A stretch of DNA of 64,000 nucleotides from Eledone cirrhosa (taxonomy: Eukaryota): assembly GCA_964016885.1 (NCBI GenBank), contig OZ024743.1, positions 31,186,001 to 31,250,000 of the forward strand, read 5' to 3'. Every line of letters starts with the position of its first letter. Position 1 is the stretch's first letter. Position numbers and translations under genes: made by a program. Below the pieces are notes generated by a model. The model was not told where the DNA came from. It made no database searches and saw only the letters and a list, made by a program, of their open reading frames with translations. Below are positions 1 to 11,454 of the stretch, piece by piece.

Positions 1-183
1 TATATATATATGTGTGCATGCATGCATATATATACATACTACTGTGCGTCTGTACACATATATGTATGTACGTATACATACTTATATTTAGGTGTCAGCC
101 GTACTAAGAGTGACAAATGAAATTTCGTTTCATTCTTTTCCATTTATCGTTTTCGGCACGCCCCGCCGACTAACTCACTCGAT

Positions 184-191
184 ATGCAAAT
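184..191 (+). promoter_or_regulatory. Octamer motif ATGCAAAT in the retrozyme-like unit
   Basis: Exact octamer at the same relative position as in the 466-bp unit; function is inferred. Confidence 0.45.
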
Positions 192-263
192 TAGGCTGCT
201 CAGCCGTTAATATGCATAATGTAAGTATATACTTTCAAACGTTCAATCATCTGACAGAATATA

Positions 264-304
264 CGATGCTGACGATGGCTAATAGGCTTGAAACTAGTAC
301 ATCG
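264..304 (+). ncRNA. Type I hammerhead ribozyme (weak stem II)
   Basis: CGATG-CTGACGA-TGGC TAATAG GCTT-GAAA-CTAG-TA^CATCG. Stem I is CGATG/CATCG, with distal pairing CTGACA(251-256)/TGTCAG(311-316). Predicted GUA cleavage after 299. Confidence 0.75.
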
Positions 305-510
305 CTCCTGTGTCAGTGTTGAACAAAAGGTCGACGATGGTTGCCGAGCATTGTACGTTGTAAATAGGGTTGTTTGTTTACAAACAAAGCGAACATTATA
401 ATAATTGTTCAGTAAATCCATACGTACATATATATATATATATATATGTGTGCATGTATGTATATATATACATACTACTGTGCGTCTGTACACATATTTA
501 TGTACGTATA

Positions 511-643
<133 letters not shown>

Positions 644-1026
644 AATTATATATTCGTGTACAGATATTTTTCCATAGACAATAACAAAATAAAAAGAAAC
701 GTATTTATTTCACGAGGCTCGATAAGGATAAATATATATGAAATATATAAGAACCCTAGAGCAAATATCGTTATCATTGCTGACAAGGCAGAAGGGGATA
801 TACACGATTGGCTGAAGAAGGACGAGACTGTGTTAGTAGTACGACCAACGGCCGCTATTACACCAACAGCAGTAAAAACAACAACAAAAAAGAGAGGGAA
901 CGCATTATATGCTTTTGAAAAATCTTAATGGAAAATGATTTGCCTATTCACCCAAGGCGACTTCACTTTTTATTAGGACTTCTGTTTCAGAAAGGAGGGA
1001 TAAACATGCCAATCAATGTTTAGAAT

Positions 1027-1054
1027 CCCGAGCAACGCCGGGCCATTCTGCTAG
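1027..1054 (+). mobile_element. Helitron 3' terminus (GC hairpin + CTAG)
   Basis: CCCG-AGCAACGC-CGGG hairpin, then CCATTCTG, CTAG and T: the canonical Helitron 3' end. The 5' end was not located. Confidence 0.65.
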
Positions 1055-1055
1055 T

Positions 1056-1351
1056 TCTATATATTTTCAACAGTACTGTACTATATATTTTCAAAAGTAC
1101 TTTATTATATATTTTCAACAGTAATACTATCCTATACTATATATTTTCAAAAGTAATACTATATTATACTATATATTTTCAACAGTAATACTATACTATA
1201 ATATATGTTTTCAACAGTCACACTATACTATACTATATATTTTCAACAGTAATACTATATAATAATACTATGCTATACTATAACAGTAATACTATACTAC
1301 ACAGACGGCTTATCCTCTGTTTTACCAAGCGATGCTAGGTACGTCAGCTAT
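1056..1351 (+). mobile_element. Short non-autonomous Helitron-like element with an internal minisatellite
   Basis: Starts with TC right after the previous CTAGT. Contains repeated TACTATATATTTTCAACAGTAA units (~25-35 bp). Ends in a degenerate hairpin CCAAGCGATGCTAGG-TACGTCAG-CTAT. Confidence 0.45.
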
Positions 1352-3251
1352 ATATATATGTATATCTGGATGCCCTAGAACACACCAATTTTAGTCGGAC
1401 GCCAGCCGGACGGGGCTGTTAGTGGTTTATAAATACGACGCGCTTCGTAACTGACTAATGTCACGTAATAATCGTTTTCAAAAATAGAGCATTTTATAAT
1501 TCATTTGCATTCACCTTCTTCATAAATCCTCTATCATGAAATAATTTAAGTGTTCAACTGAGGCGCTGAAAAATCGCCATGCCGATTGAACATCCACAGT
1601 TGGCCCAAGAATTTCATTTAATGTGGATGTAATAGTACCCGCACACATTGTCCAACTTCCTTATCCATCAAAACTTCCCATTTAATCCTGTAGGTCGAGC
1701 GGTACCAGCCAATTTTGTTAGCTTTCCTGGTAGTCATAGGTTTCAAATAACTAGATATTGATTAGTTGATAACAGCATGATAACAGCTCAGTCTCTCTTT
1801 GCAGACGAAGATCAAGCCCAGAATGAAAACAATCAGGGACAATAACAAAAGCAACTATCGATCTGTCCCCGACTCCTCTAAACCAATACAATTTTTGGTC
1901 ATGTGTGATCGTCTGTCTGCTTGTCTTTATCTCCATTTCACGATTGCTTACTATATCCTTGTAACAATTGCATTTATTTGTGCAGGATTCAGAAACGTCA
2001 GAGGGCTTTAATTTTGTTTTATCAGCTTTTCTCTTCAAAAGAGTGAATAGATCTTTTCCTGTTCCACAGTATTTAATTAATAGATATAATATCACCAGAA
2101 ATAATTTAGTTTTGAGTCAAACTGATTACGATAATAGTTAAAAGAAATGCAGACGAGAACTAATGCTATCAGTGACATATGAACAAAGATAACGTGTGAG
2201 AGAAATCGATATTAATTTGATAATGCGAGATATCAAAAGAATGTCGAAATTAAATTCTAATCGTTATATGATATTACTATGGAAATAAACTATTGTCATT
2301 TCAGAGAGATTAATGTTTCTTGTGAATAATTTTAATTATGTGTTCTCTTAATGATTCTTAATAAAATCGTTAGGGAGATCATCAAGTAAGAGTAATATCT
2401 ATTGATATTTCCTATAAAACTGTCGAACAAAACTTAATTTGCATATTCAAATATTTACAACAGACATTAATCAAATATTGAAGATTCTATTCATTATCTT
2501 AGATCGTAATGTCAGTGAAACACTTAAATATAAAAACTTAAATCTTACTCGCAAGAACAGTTAATTCTTTACATGTCTACTGAAAATATTTGTCATTGGT
2601 GGAACAATTCTAGCAGTCACTTCCATTGTTACATTCGATGATATGATTTACATAAAGCAGAATCTAAATTTGCGTAGCAGTAAATAGTCATCTACATGGT
2701 GATGTAGTAATAAATATTTACAATCACAATTATGATAATTTAAGTTTTCAACTTCTATCTTTTACATTTCTTAATTTATCCTAGCATCTTTCCTCACCTT
2801 ATTTGAAGTGATCTCTAGAATATACTGTGGACATTTAGATTATCATTATAACATACAATTTTGAAAATGAAATTTAAAAAGTCTCAACCGGGAGATGATT
2901 ATATACTTACCCCCAGGAATTAGAAGTAACACATTAAACACTTGATTTCAAATTGAATATTCATTCTATTTCCATGTTAAATAATTTTTCAGTTGGGGAC
3001 AGATAGCTAGGGGACGGACTCGCGCAAAATAAGCTAATAATGGATATGTATTTAAATTAATATTATTTGAGCATAATCTGCCTTTCAGGAAACACCGCAG
3101 GATATGAAGAGCCGTTAGAATTCCGATAGCATTCTCCGTTATGTTCAGATGCCTTTCTGAGTTTTAAATTATACCCTGCAGAATTCCACATCATATTCCA
3201 TCATTCCCATGTGGTTAACTTATACTCTTACCTTTGCATTCATAAATATGC

Positions 3252-3301
<50 letters not shown>

Positions 3302-3341
3302 ATATATATTTATATACATATATATATACATTTATATACAC

Positions 3342-3423
<82 letters not shown>

Positions 3424-5033
3424 TTATATATATATATATATATATACACATATATATGTGTGTGTGTGTGTGTGTTTGTGTGTTAGTACGGAATACTAAC
3501 TGATGTAAACGCTCTGACCGCTTCATTTCACAACTATTTGATCATAGAGCGAATACCAAGAATCATCCTCGATATTATTCTGTATTGATCAAAAATATAA
3601 TCGTATATATATATATATATATATAAATGCATCTTCTTCACTCAGTTACTCTGAGGAGCATCTTAGTTAGAGTCCTGACACCCTCCTTCCATCGCATGCT
3701 CTCAGATGCAAACACTTCCAGATGATCCGGCTGAATCACCAAGCGAGACCAGCGGAGCTCATGGATGTTATCCAAATATCTTGTTGGGGGTCTAATCCTG
3801 GGTCTTATGACTCATTATTATCTTGAAAATATGTCCATCTATTCTTACGTGAAGCATTCTAATCACAGACTCGTAATATCGGAGCTGTCCTCTCTGAATT
3901 CTCAGAACTAGCTGCTCTACCTGGAGCAAACCTCTGACCTCCCATCTATGCACTATCGTTTAACGTTAAACCAAAGTCCCTTGGGGGTATACCATTTAGG
4001 TCGCTTACATTCCCGAAGATTCATGACCATAGATACGAATACTGAATTGAAGATAGCGATTTTGTCTTTTACATCTATCTCACTTCGTTTGATTACCGAT
4101 TTAATTTCTGAATATTCCTAAAAGTAGCAACTGACTTTCCTGAGAAGGAGAAAGAGATGACTTAATGGCTGGATATAACATTTGCAACCCTAGACCAGAG
4201 GCTAGATGTAAATCGGTATACAATTCCTGCCAAGAAAGCTCAAGGTTCTGTCCTTATTTAATCTAGACTGTAATGGCATTCTCACTCCGCATTCACCAAC
4301 AGCATTTCGCTATACACCTCATAAATCCTATAATCCCACATATTCTCTCCAATAACGCACGCCATGCACAAACCAATACGCCCACTCCTTCAGTTTTGTT
4401 TTTCGTGAAAGGAGTCGTCTGCAGCAATTTAAACGACACATCCCCTCCATTAAACATGTCGGTCTCGGATACATCATCGTACTCCAGACCTAACTCCCCC
4501 CCAAAACAACAACAAAAAATGAATAAATACGACCAGGGGCTTTTTAAATGAATTAATAATGTTAAGGAGTGCGGACATCTATGCAGCTCTCTAGCTAACT
4601 ATCTTCCTATCTGTCTATCTGTCTTCTTCTCTGTAAAATATATCGTTTCTATGACAACTGTGGTCTAACGAATATGTTCCATATTGATATAGACAGTGAA
4701 AAGAAGAGGAGTTTAGAAGTAAATTATAGATGGATAATGATAGAAAGTGAGTCAAATGAAACATGAAAGATTATAAGTAATTGAACAATAGTAGACATGC
4801 ACCGCCTGAAGTGTGGTCGAAGGAAGGAACAAAGCAGTGTTCACAGGAATAAGAATTATGTATTACGAATATATATTAAGAAGTTACTGAATGAATATCA
4901 TCAAGCGCCTATGCATTACTTTCTATAATTTATTAATTCAATCACCCATATGAAAACCAAGGGAATACACATATATATACGTACACACACATATATATAT
5001 ATATGTGTACACACACACAAATACACATATATA

Positions 5034-5107
<74 letters not shown>

Positions 5108-5117
5108 AACCAGTAAG

Positions 5118-5211
5118 ACCCCGACGGTTGAGCTCGAGCCGTTTCGACGGCTAAATCTGGACTAAATGAAAATTTATCCTGGTATTTAAACAGCCGAGCT
5201 TCTCAAGGAGT
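5118..5211 (-). ncRNA. Hammerhead ribozyme, U3-A8 core variant, inverted-arm copy
   Basis: Minus strand reads ACTCC-TTGAGAA-...-GAAA-CGGCTCGAGCTCAACCG-TC^GGGGT; stem I ACTCC/GGGGT. Confidence 0.65.
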
Positions 5212-5570
5212 AATTCCATATATGGTCAAAGTGATTGTCACAAGGATTGGTCACAAGTTAGTAGTAATTCTGTGATGGCAGGTTAGTGGGGGAAGGGGTA
5301 GCTAAACCTGCCAGTAGGAGAAAAAGGGGAGGGGGTGGAGTAGACCCATTCATGCGTTGGTAGTGCCGGCTACAGCTGGGCGTGAGGTCACAGAAGATAC
5401 TAGGGAGGGGGAGGGGGAGGAAGTCGAAACGGTAGGTAGAACAATGTAGGGTAAAAATATATTAAAAAAAAAATACTGAGAGTGATAGCGAATAAATTTA
5501 AAGATAGAAAATAAGCAATTTCTACGACAATTTCTCTCGCTATTGCTAGGCTAACGAAATAAATAAAAAA

Positions 5571-5605
<35 letters not shown>

Positions 5606-6484
5606 ATGAATGAATTAAAAAAAAAATAATAATAATAATAAATAAATAAACTAGATGGGACGGTATAAGTAGGGACCCTTTTAAGAGGTATAAGTACGTA
5701 TACCATACGGTGACGGGTCAACAAAGGGGGGCCCAAAATACTAAAGAAACTACCACGAAATAATTAATAAAGGTTTCTACCCCAGGCACAAGGCCAGAAA
5801 CCACCCAGTCAGAAAAGTAAACTAGTACGAAATACTAATTCAGAGTCCCGAAAAAATATACTAATGCTAACTCTAAGGGTACCGCCACGCTACAAAAGTT
5901 CTTATACAAGCTACATGAAAGTTCGTACGAAGTAAAAGTAAAATACGGAAAATTAAATCCCCCCCGCCCAAAAGAAAAGAGAAGAAAGAAATACTGAATA
6001 AACGAGAAATTAAAGCAAAGATGCCACTAAGAAATATAGAAGGCACGGAAAAAAGATGCAGCGGTCGGATAAGGGGGCAAGTATCGGAGGTCTAACACAA
6101 CTGCTATAAAAAGCGGAGTCCGCCAAATCTATCATAGAATAGGGGAGAGGGTGGGGGTACTGAGGCTACAAGGGGCCGAGGGGCTGCTTCGGGTGGGCGA
6201 GAAAAAGACGCCGACAAAGAAAACGAACTGGGTAGAAGGACTAGGGAGGGATGGGGGGAAGAAGGAAATATAGAGGATAAAAGAATAAAAGAAGATCTTA
6301 CGTCTCCCTTGGCAAGCAGGGGTTACCCATTACAAAATCGGCAAGTGGGGTGTTATAGCCCTAGTCTAAGCCACCCCACCCCCCGGGTTATTATGGGGTT
6401 TGAGGGCGAGGTAAGTCCTACGCAATCTGTGTTTACATGCAGTAACCAGTTCATCTTTCTTGTTTAGGAATCGAAAACAGCATA

Positions 6485-7135
6485 TTATTCTTTAGGCTCA
6501 TTGAAAAACACTTCCCACTACAACACCGCTACCACAACATAATTAACAAAAATACCATCAAACTCTCTTACAGCACTACACCAAACTTCGCACTAAACAT
6601 CGTCTCCTCCAACAACAAAAAACTCAACCCCGATGGAAGAAATAACCTAAATAGCAGTGGAGAGCCGACCGGGAGGTGCAACTGTCCTGATCGATCCATT
6701 TGCCCACTCGACAACAGTTGCAGAGACCGTAATGTGATCTACCAGTGCAACGTGAGGACGGACACCTACAACAAAGCTTATATAGGGGTAACCGCATGTG
6801 ACTTCAAGACCCGGCTATACCAACACAGACATACCTTCCGAAACCCGGCCCGGCGTCACGCCACTACACTCTCGGGCCACATATGGGACCTCAAGGACAA
6901 CAACATTACCTATGATCTCACTTGGAGATTACTGTCCAGAGCCAACTCTTACACGGGAGGACGCCGTCCGTGCAATTTATGCTCGGAGGAAACTTTACTA
7001 ATGCTGTTTTCGACGGACCAACTCCTAAACAAGAAAGATGAGCTGGTTACTGCATGTAAACACAGATTGCGTAGGACTTACCTCGCCCTCATACCCCATA
7101 ATAACCCGGGGGGGGGGGGTAGACTAGGGCTATAA
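6485..7135 (+). pseudogene. PLE ORF C-terminus: RT thumb/linker + GIY-YIG endonuclease (5'-truncated, frame open)
   Basis: In-frame LIEKHFP..IINKNTIKLSYS, a CNCPDRSICPLDNSC linker, VIYQC..AYIGVT..FKTRLYQH, CNLCSEE, LLNKKDELVTACKH. Clade (Naiad/Nematis-type) uncertain. Confidence 0.88.
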
Positions 7136-7877
7136 CACCCCAATTGCCGATTTTGTAATGGGTAACCCCTGCTTGCCAAGGGAGACGTAAGATCTTCTTT
7201 TATTCTTGTATCGCTTCCTCTATATTTCCTTCTTCCCCCATCCCTCCCTAGTCCTTCTACCCCAGTTCTTTTTTCTTTGTCGGCGTCTTTTTCTCGCCTA
7301 CCCGAGGCAGCTCCTCTGCCGCTTGTACGCTCAGTACCCCCACCCCCTCCCCTATTATATGATAGATTTGGTGGACACCGCTTTTTATAGCAGTTGTGTT
7401 AGACCTCCGATACTTGCCCCCTTATCCGACAGCTGCACCTTTTTTCCGTGCCTTCTATATTTCTTAGTGGCATCTTTGCTTTAATTTCTCGTTTATTCAG
7501 TATTTTTTTCTTCTCTTTGCTTTGGGGCGGGGGGGATTCTGATTTAATTTTCCGTATTTTACTTTTACTTCGTACGAACTTTCATGTAGCTTGTATAAGA
7601 ACTTTTGTAGCGTGGCGGTACCCTTAGAGTTAGCATTAGTATATTTTTTTCGGGACTCTGAATTAGTATTTCGTACTAGTTTACGTTTCTGCACTGGGTG
7701 GTTGCTGGCCTTGTGCCTGGGGTAGAAACCTTTATTAATTATTTCGTGGTAGTTTCTTTAGTATTTTGGGCCCCCCTTGTTGACCCGTCATCGTATGATA
7801 TACGTACTTATACCTCTTAAAAGGGTTCCTTCTTATACCGTCCCACCAAGTTTATTTATTTATTATTATTATTCTTT

Positions 7878-7926
<49 letters not shown>

Positions 7927-8291
7927 TTTTTTTTATTTTTTTTATTTCTTTGGCCTAGCAATAGCGAGAGACTTAGGTCGTAGAAACTGCTTATTTTTTT
8001 CTTTACATTTATTAGCTATCACTCTCAGTAATTTTTTTTTATTTATTTTAACCCTTCATTGTTCTACTTATCGCTTAGATTTACTCCCCCTCCCCTTCCC
8101 TAGTATCTTCTTTGACCTCACACCCAGCTGTAGCCGGCACTACCAACGCATGAATGGGTCTACTCCACCCCCTCCCCTTTTTCTCCTACTGGCAGATTTA
8201 GCTACTCCTTCCCCCACTAATCTGCCATCACAGAATTACAGCTAACTTGTGACCAATCCTTGTGACAATCACTTTGACCATATATGGAATT

Positions 8292-8385
8292 AACCCTTGA
8301 GAAGCTCGGCTGTTTAAATACCAGGATAAATTTTCATTTAGTTCAGAATTAGCCGTCGAAACGGCACGAGCTCAACCGTCGGAGT
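8292..8385 (+). ncRNA. Hammerhead ribozyme, U3-A8 core variant, in the PLE 3' region
   Basis: AACCC-TTGAGAA-stem II (CGGCT...AGCCG)-GAAA-CGG...CCG-TC^GGAGT. Confidence 0.65.
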
Positions 8386-8476
8386 CTTACTGGTTCCTAT
8401 TACCCATTCTACTACCCTAAGTATTGAGTACTTTGGTGCGTTATGGTCCACCTGGTTCCTTAACACATTTCCTTCG

Positions 8477-8525
<49 letters not shown>

Positions 8526-8561
8526 CGTATATATACGCGTATACATACGTATATATATATT

Positions 8562-8625
<64 letters not shown>

Positions 8626-8638
8626 TAAAAAAAGATAG

Positions 8639-8726
8639 TCAGTGTTGCGACGAAATGAGTTTATTGGACATAATACAGAGAAAAGATTGTAATATGTCCA
8701 ATAAATTCCATCCGTCGCAACACTGA
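8639..8726. repeat. Inverted repeat (hairpin)
   Basis: TCAGTGTTGCGACG...TTTATTGGACATA pairs with TATGTCCAATAAA...CGTCGCAACACTGA. Confidence 0.8.
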
Positions 8727-8886
8727 TTCTCTTTTTTTTCTTTGATATCATACTCTAATATTTGAGAGCATTGAGTGCTCAAACGGCCTACCGCATACGG
8801 ACCCTTTAAGCATTCAACATCAATTATATATATATATATATATTTGTTTTGCGAGGTTTTTGATATGAAATCGTGTGTCGAAACAA

Positions 8887-9061
8887 ATATTGTTATACTT
8901 AGCGAGGGTAATATTGTTGTAATAATATTTCCAGAAATAATAACAGAACACACTTCCTGTTTGGTTGATTTTCGCTTCTGTATATGTTATATCTCCACAG
9001 TGAGTGTGTTCTGTTATTATTTCTGGCAATAAAAAACAACAATATGACCTTCCCCAAGTAT

Positions 9062-9069
<8 letters not shown>
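8887..9069. repeat. Inverted repeat, ~68-bp arms
   Basis: ATATTGTTATACTT...CCAGAAATAATAACAGAACACACT pairs with AGTGTGTTCTGTTATTATTTCTGG...AAGTATAACAATAT. Confidence 0.8.
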
Positions 9070-9096
<27 letters not shown>

Positions 9097-9157
9097 TATA
9101 TATACGTATAGATACGTACATATGTTCGTATATATATACGTATATATATATATATAC

Positions 9158-9228
<71 letters not shown>

Positions 9229-10835
9229 TATATACATGATAAAATATGTAGACATATATACGTATATATATACGTGATAAACAATGTAGACATCCTGTAA
9301 ATTACATCAGTAACTATGTGTAAGTACAATGTTAGTATGTAAATGTTTCGCCATACTTTGTAACTCATATCAGAAAAACAATCATAAGTTCCAGTCTATA
9401 TTTCCTACTGTTTTTTTTTCAACATTTCTAAAGTCTATTTATGTAGAATTGAATAGTGATTTTAAATATGGAAATGTAATATAAATATAAATGTTTTGTA
9501 AATAATCCTAGTTTTAGCATATATATATATATTTTTTTTTGTAAATTTCAAGACATGTGCTAGCCAAAATTTATTGATGAGGAACTATTGAATTAACTCA
9601 TGTCGATTTGTGATATTTTCAATATTATATTAATTTTCGGTTTTCATGTTTCAAATGATTGTCTATATAAAATTAAATAGAACATTTAATTGGACATTGA
9701 AACAATTACAACTCACACGCACAAATACGTATTTCAATATGATAAATGAATAATCGTCATTTAGTACCATGCGGGGGATCGGGTTTTATAATATGAACTT
9801 TCTATAATTAACATGGTATATGTTATCGGGTATCACAACATAAATACTTCGACAAATAAATAATATTATTTGATGATTTCATTTTAAATATGTATGACCT
9901 TTTGATATATATATAGACAAGCATTATTCGTGTGAATTAATTGAGAACCTGTATAATTAAAGTACGAAGAGAATATAGGTTGAATATCACAATACCCGAT
10001 TAACCAACAGCAACTTTACCTATTTAAACACATAAACATTGAACATCCACATTCAATCTTTTACTTTTGTACACGTACATCCACAAGATTACACACACTC
10101 ATTCACATACATATACATACACAAACTGAAAGAAATACGTATGCGAACCTTCTGCATAAATAAATCAACGCCTCTTCTAATTCCCAATACCTCTCTCTCT
10201 CCACGAGTCCAAATGACAACATGTCTTTCGACTTAAATATTGAATATTTATGGATTGTGGGTCTATTTTGTTCCCGCCGTGTAAGACCATGTATGTTCTT
10301 ATTCGCTAGCGTATTGTGATTTATTCAAGAATGGCTTTTGACTAAACTGTTAGACACTGCGACCGCAAATGGACCAGACGTAATGTTGTTCAGACAGCAA
10401 TGAAGGTGTTCTTGAAAATATCGCCAATTTTGCTGTGATGCATGTGGTTACCACATTTCTCCGTTGTTGAGTTGCTCGCCAATTTTACAGCGACACCTCA
10501 TCATTCATGTCACCATTGTCTTGTTTGATCAGCTCGAAACTACCACAATGTTCACACTTGGCTATGAAAATATCATACATTTCCCATTCAGCGGGTCAAC
10601 AAAAGAATGTTTCTTTTTTGACTATGCGGGTCGAGCGTATAATCTTTTTCAAACATTTCTCGACAAAAATACCAAATATTTAATTATATATATATGAAAA
10701 CCTCGTCTACTGAATTCAAAATAATTTCTGTTTGGTTTTCGTTTCGTAAATTATCCCAGAGCACTCTTTAAATATCCTATTAGAAACTGTAACGCCAATA
10801 AGCCAAACGGTAGAGAGGTTTTAGTGTTTTTTTAA

Positions 10836-11010
10836 TCTATCTATATACTACTAATACACGTGTGTGCTTGTCTGTAATTTAATATTGCCAAAACTGCACA
10901 CAATGGAACAAACTTTCAAAGGAAGTTGTCCCTGAAATAGGAATGCAAATGGAATGAAACAGATTTTTGTTAATCGGAGTACGTTTTCCCGAGATATGGG
11001 TTTTTTCCAA
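10836..11010 (+). mobile_element. Possible Helitron-like 5' end
   Basis: A^TCTATCTATATACTACTAATACACG followed by GTGTGCTTGTCTGT resembles Helitron 5' starts; no 3' end found. Confidence 0.3.
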
Positions 11011-11454
11011 GTACCTTCATAAACAGAGGGAAATTGAGAGAAAGGGATAGTGGTTGGGAAAGGGAGAGGGAGAGAGAGAGAGAGAGAGAGAGTTAGTGGT
11101 GTTGTTGAAGGAAATCATTACCGGTTACTTTAAAGAATCGAATACAGCATTACTGTGTGTATTTGTGTATTTGTTGTATACGTTCGTATGTGTGCGGGTT
11201 CAGGTGTCGCGCGGGTTTATGTATGTGTGCGCGTGTTTATGTGTAGGTGCTTGTATATGCACACCATGGCAGGTCTTTTCGCGTATGCATGTGTATGTAC
11301 GTTGGATGCATGTATGTGAATATTTAATTATTGTTGATTTCAATAACCTCTGTCATTTTCGTTCTACTAAGTTATTTACATTATTCTTAACTCTGAAGCC
11401 GAGAATCATTCGGTTTCCTAAATAAAATATTAGTCTACGACCTCATTTATACCA

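Larger units (their letters stand above)
5103..8478 (+). mobile_element. 5'-truncated Penelope-like element with a long inverted 3' duplication (arms 5103-6483 minus and 7001-8400 plus)
   Basis: GIY-YIG ORF in the centre, ~1.4-kb inverted arms, (TA)n on both sides, and a hammerhead in each arm. Confidence 0.9.

Noticed and set aside
1570-2095. 114-aa minus ORF and adjacent coding-like sequence
   Set aside because: No recognisable motif or supportable splice structure; possibly a decayed transposon.
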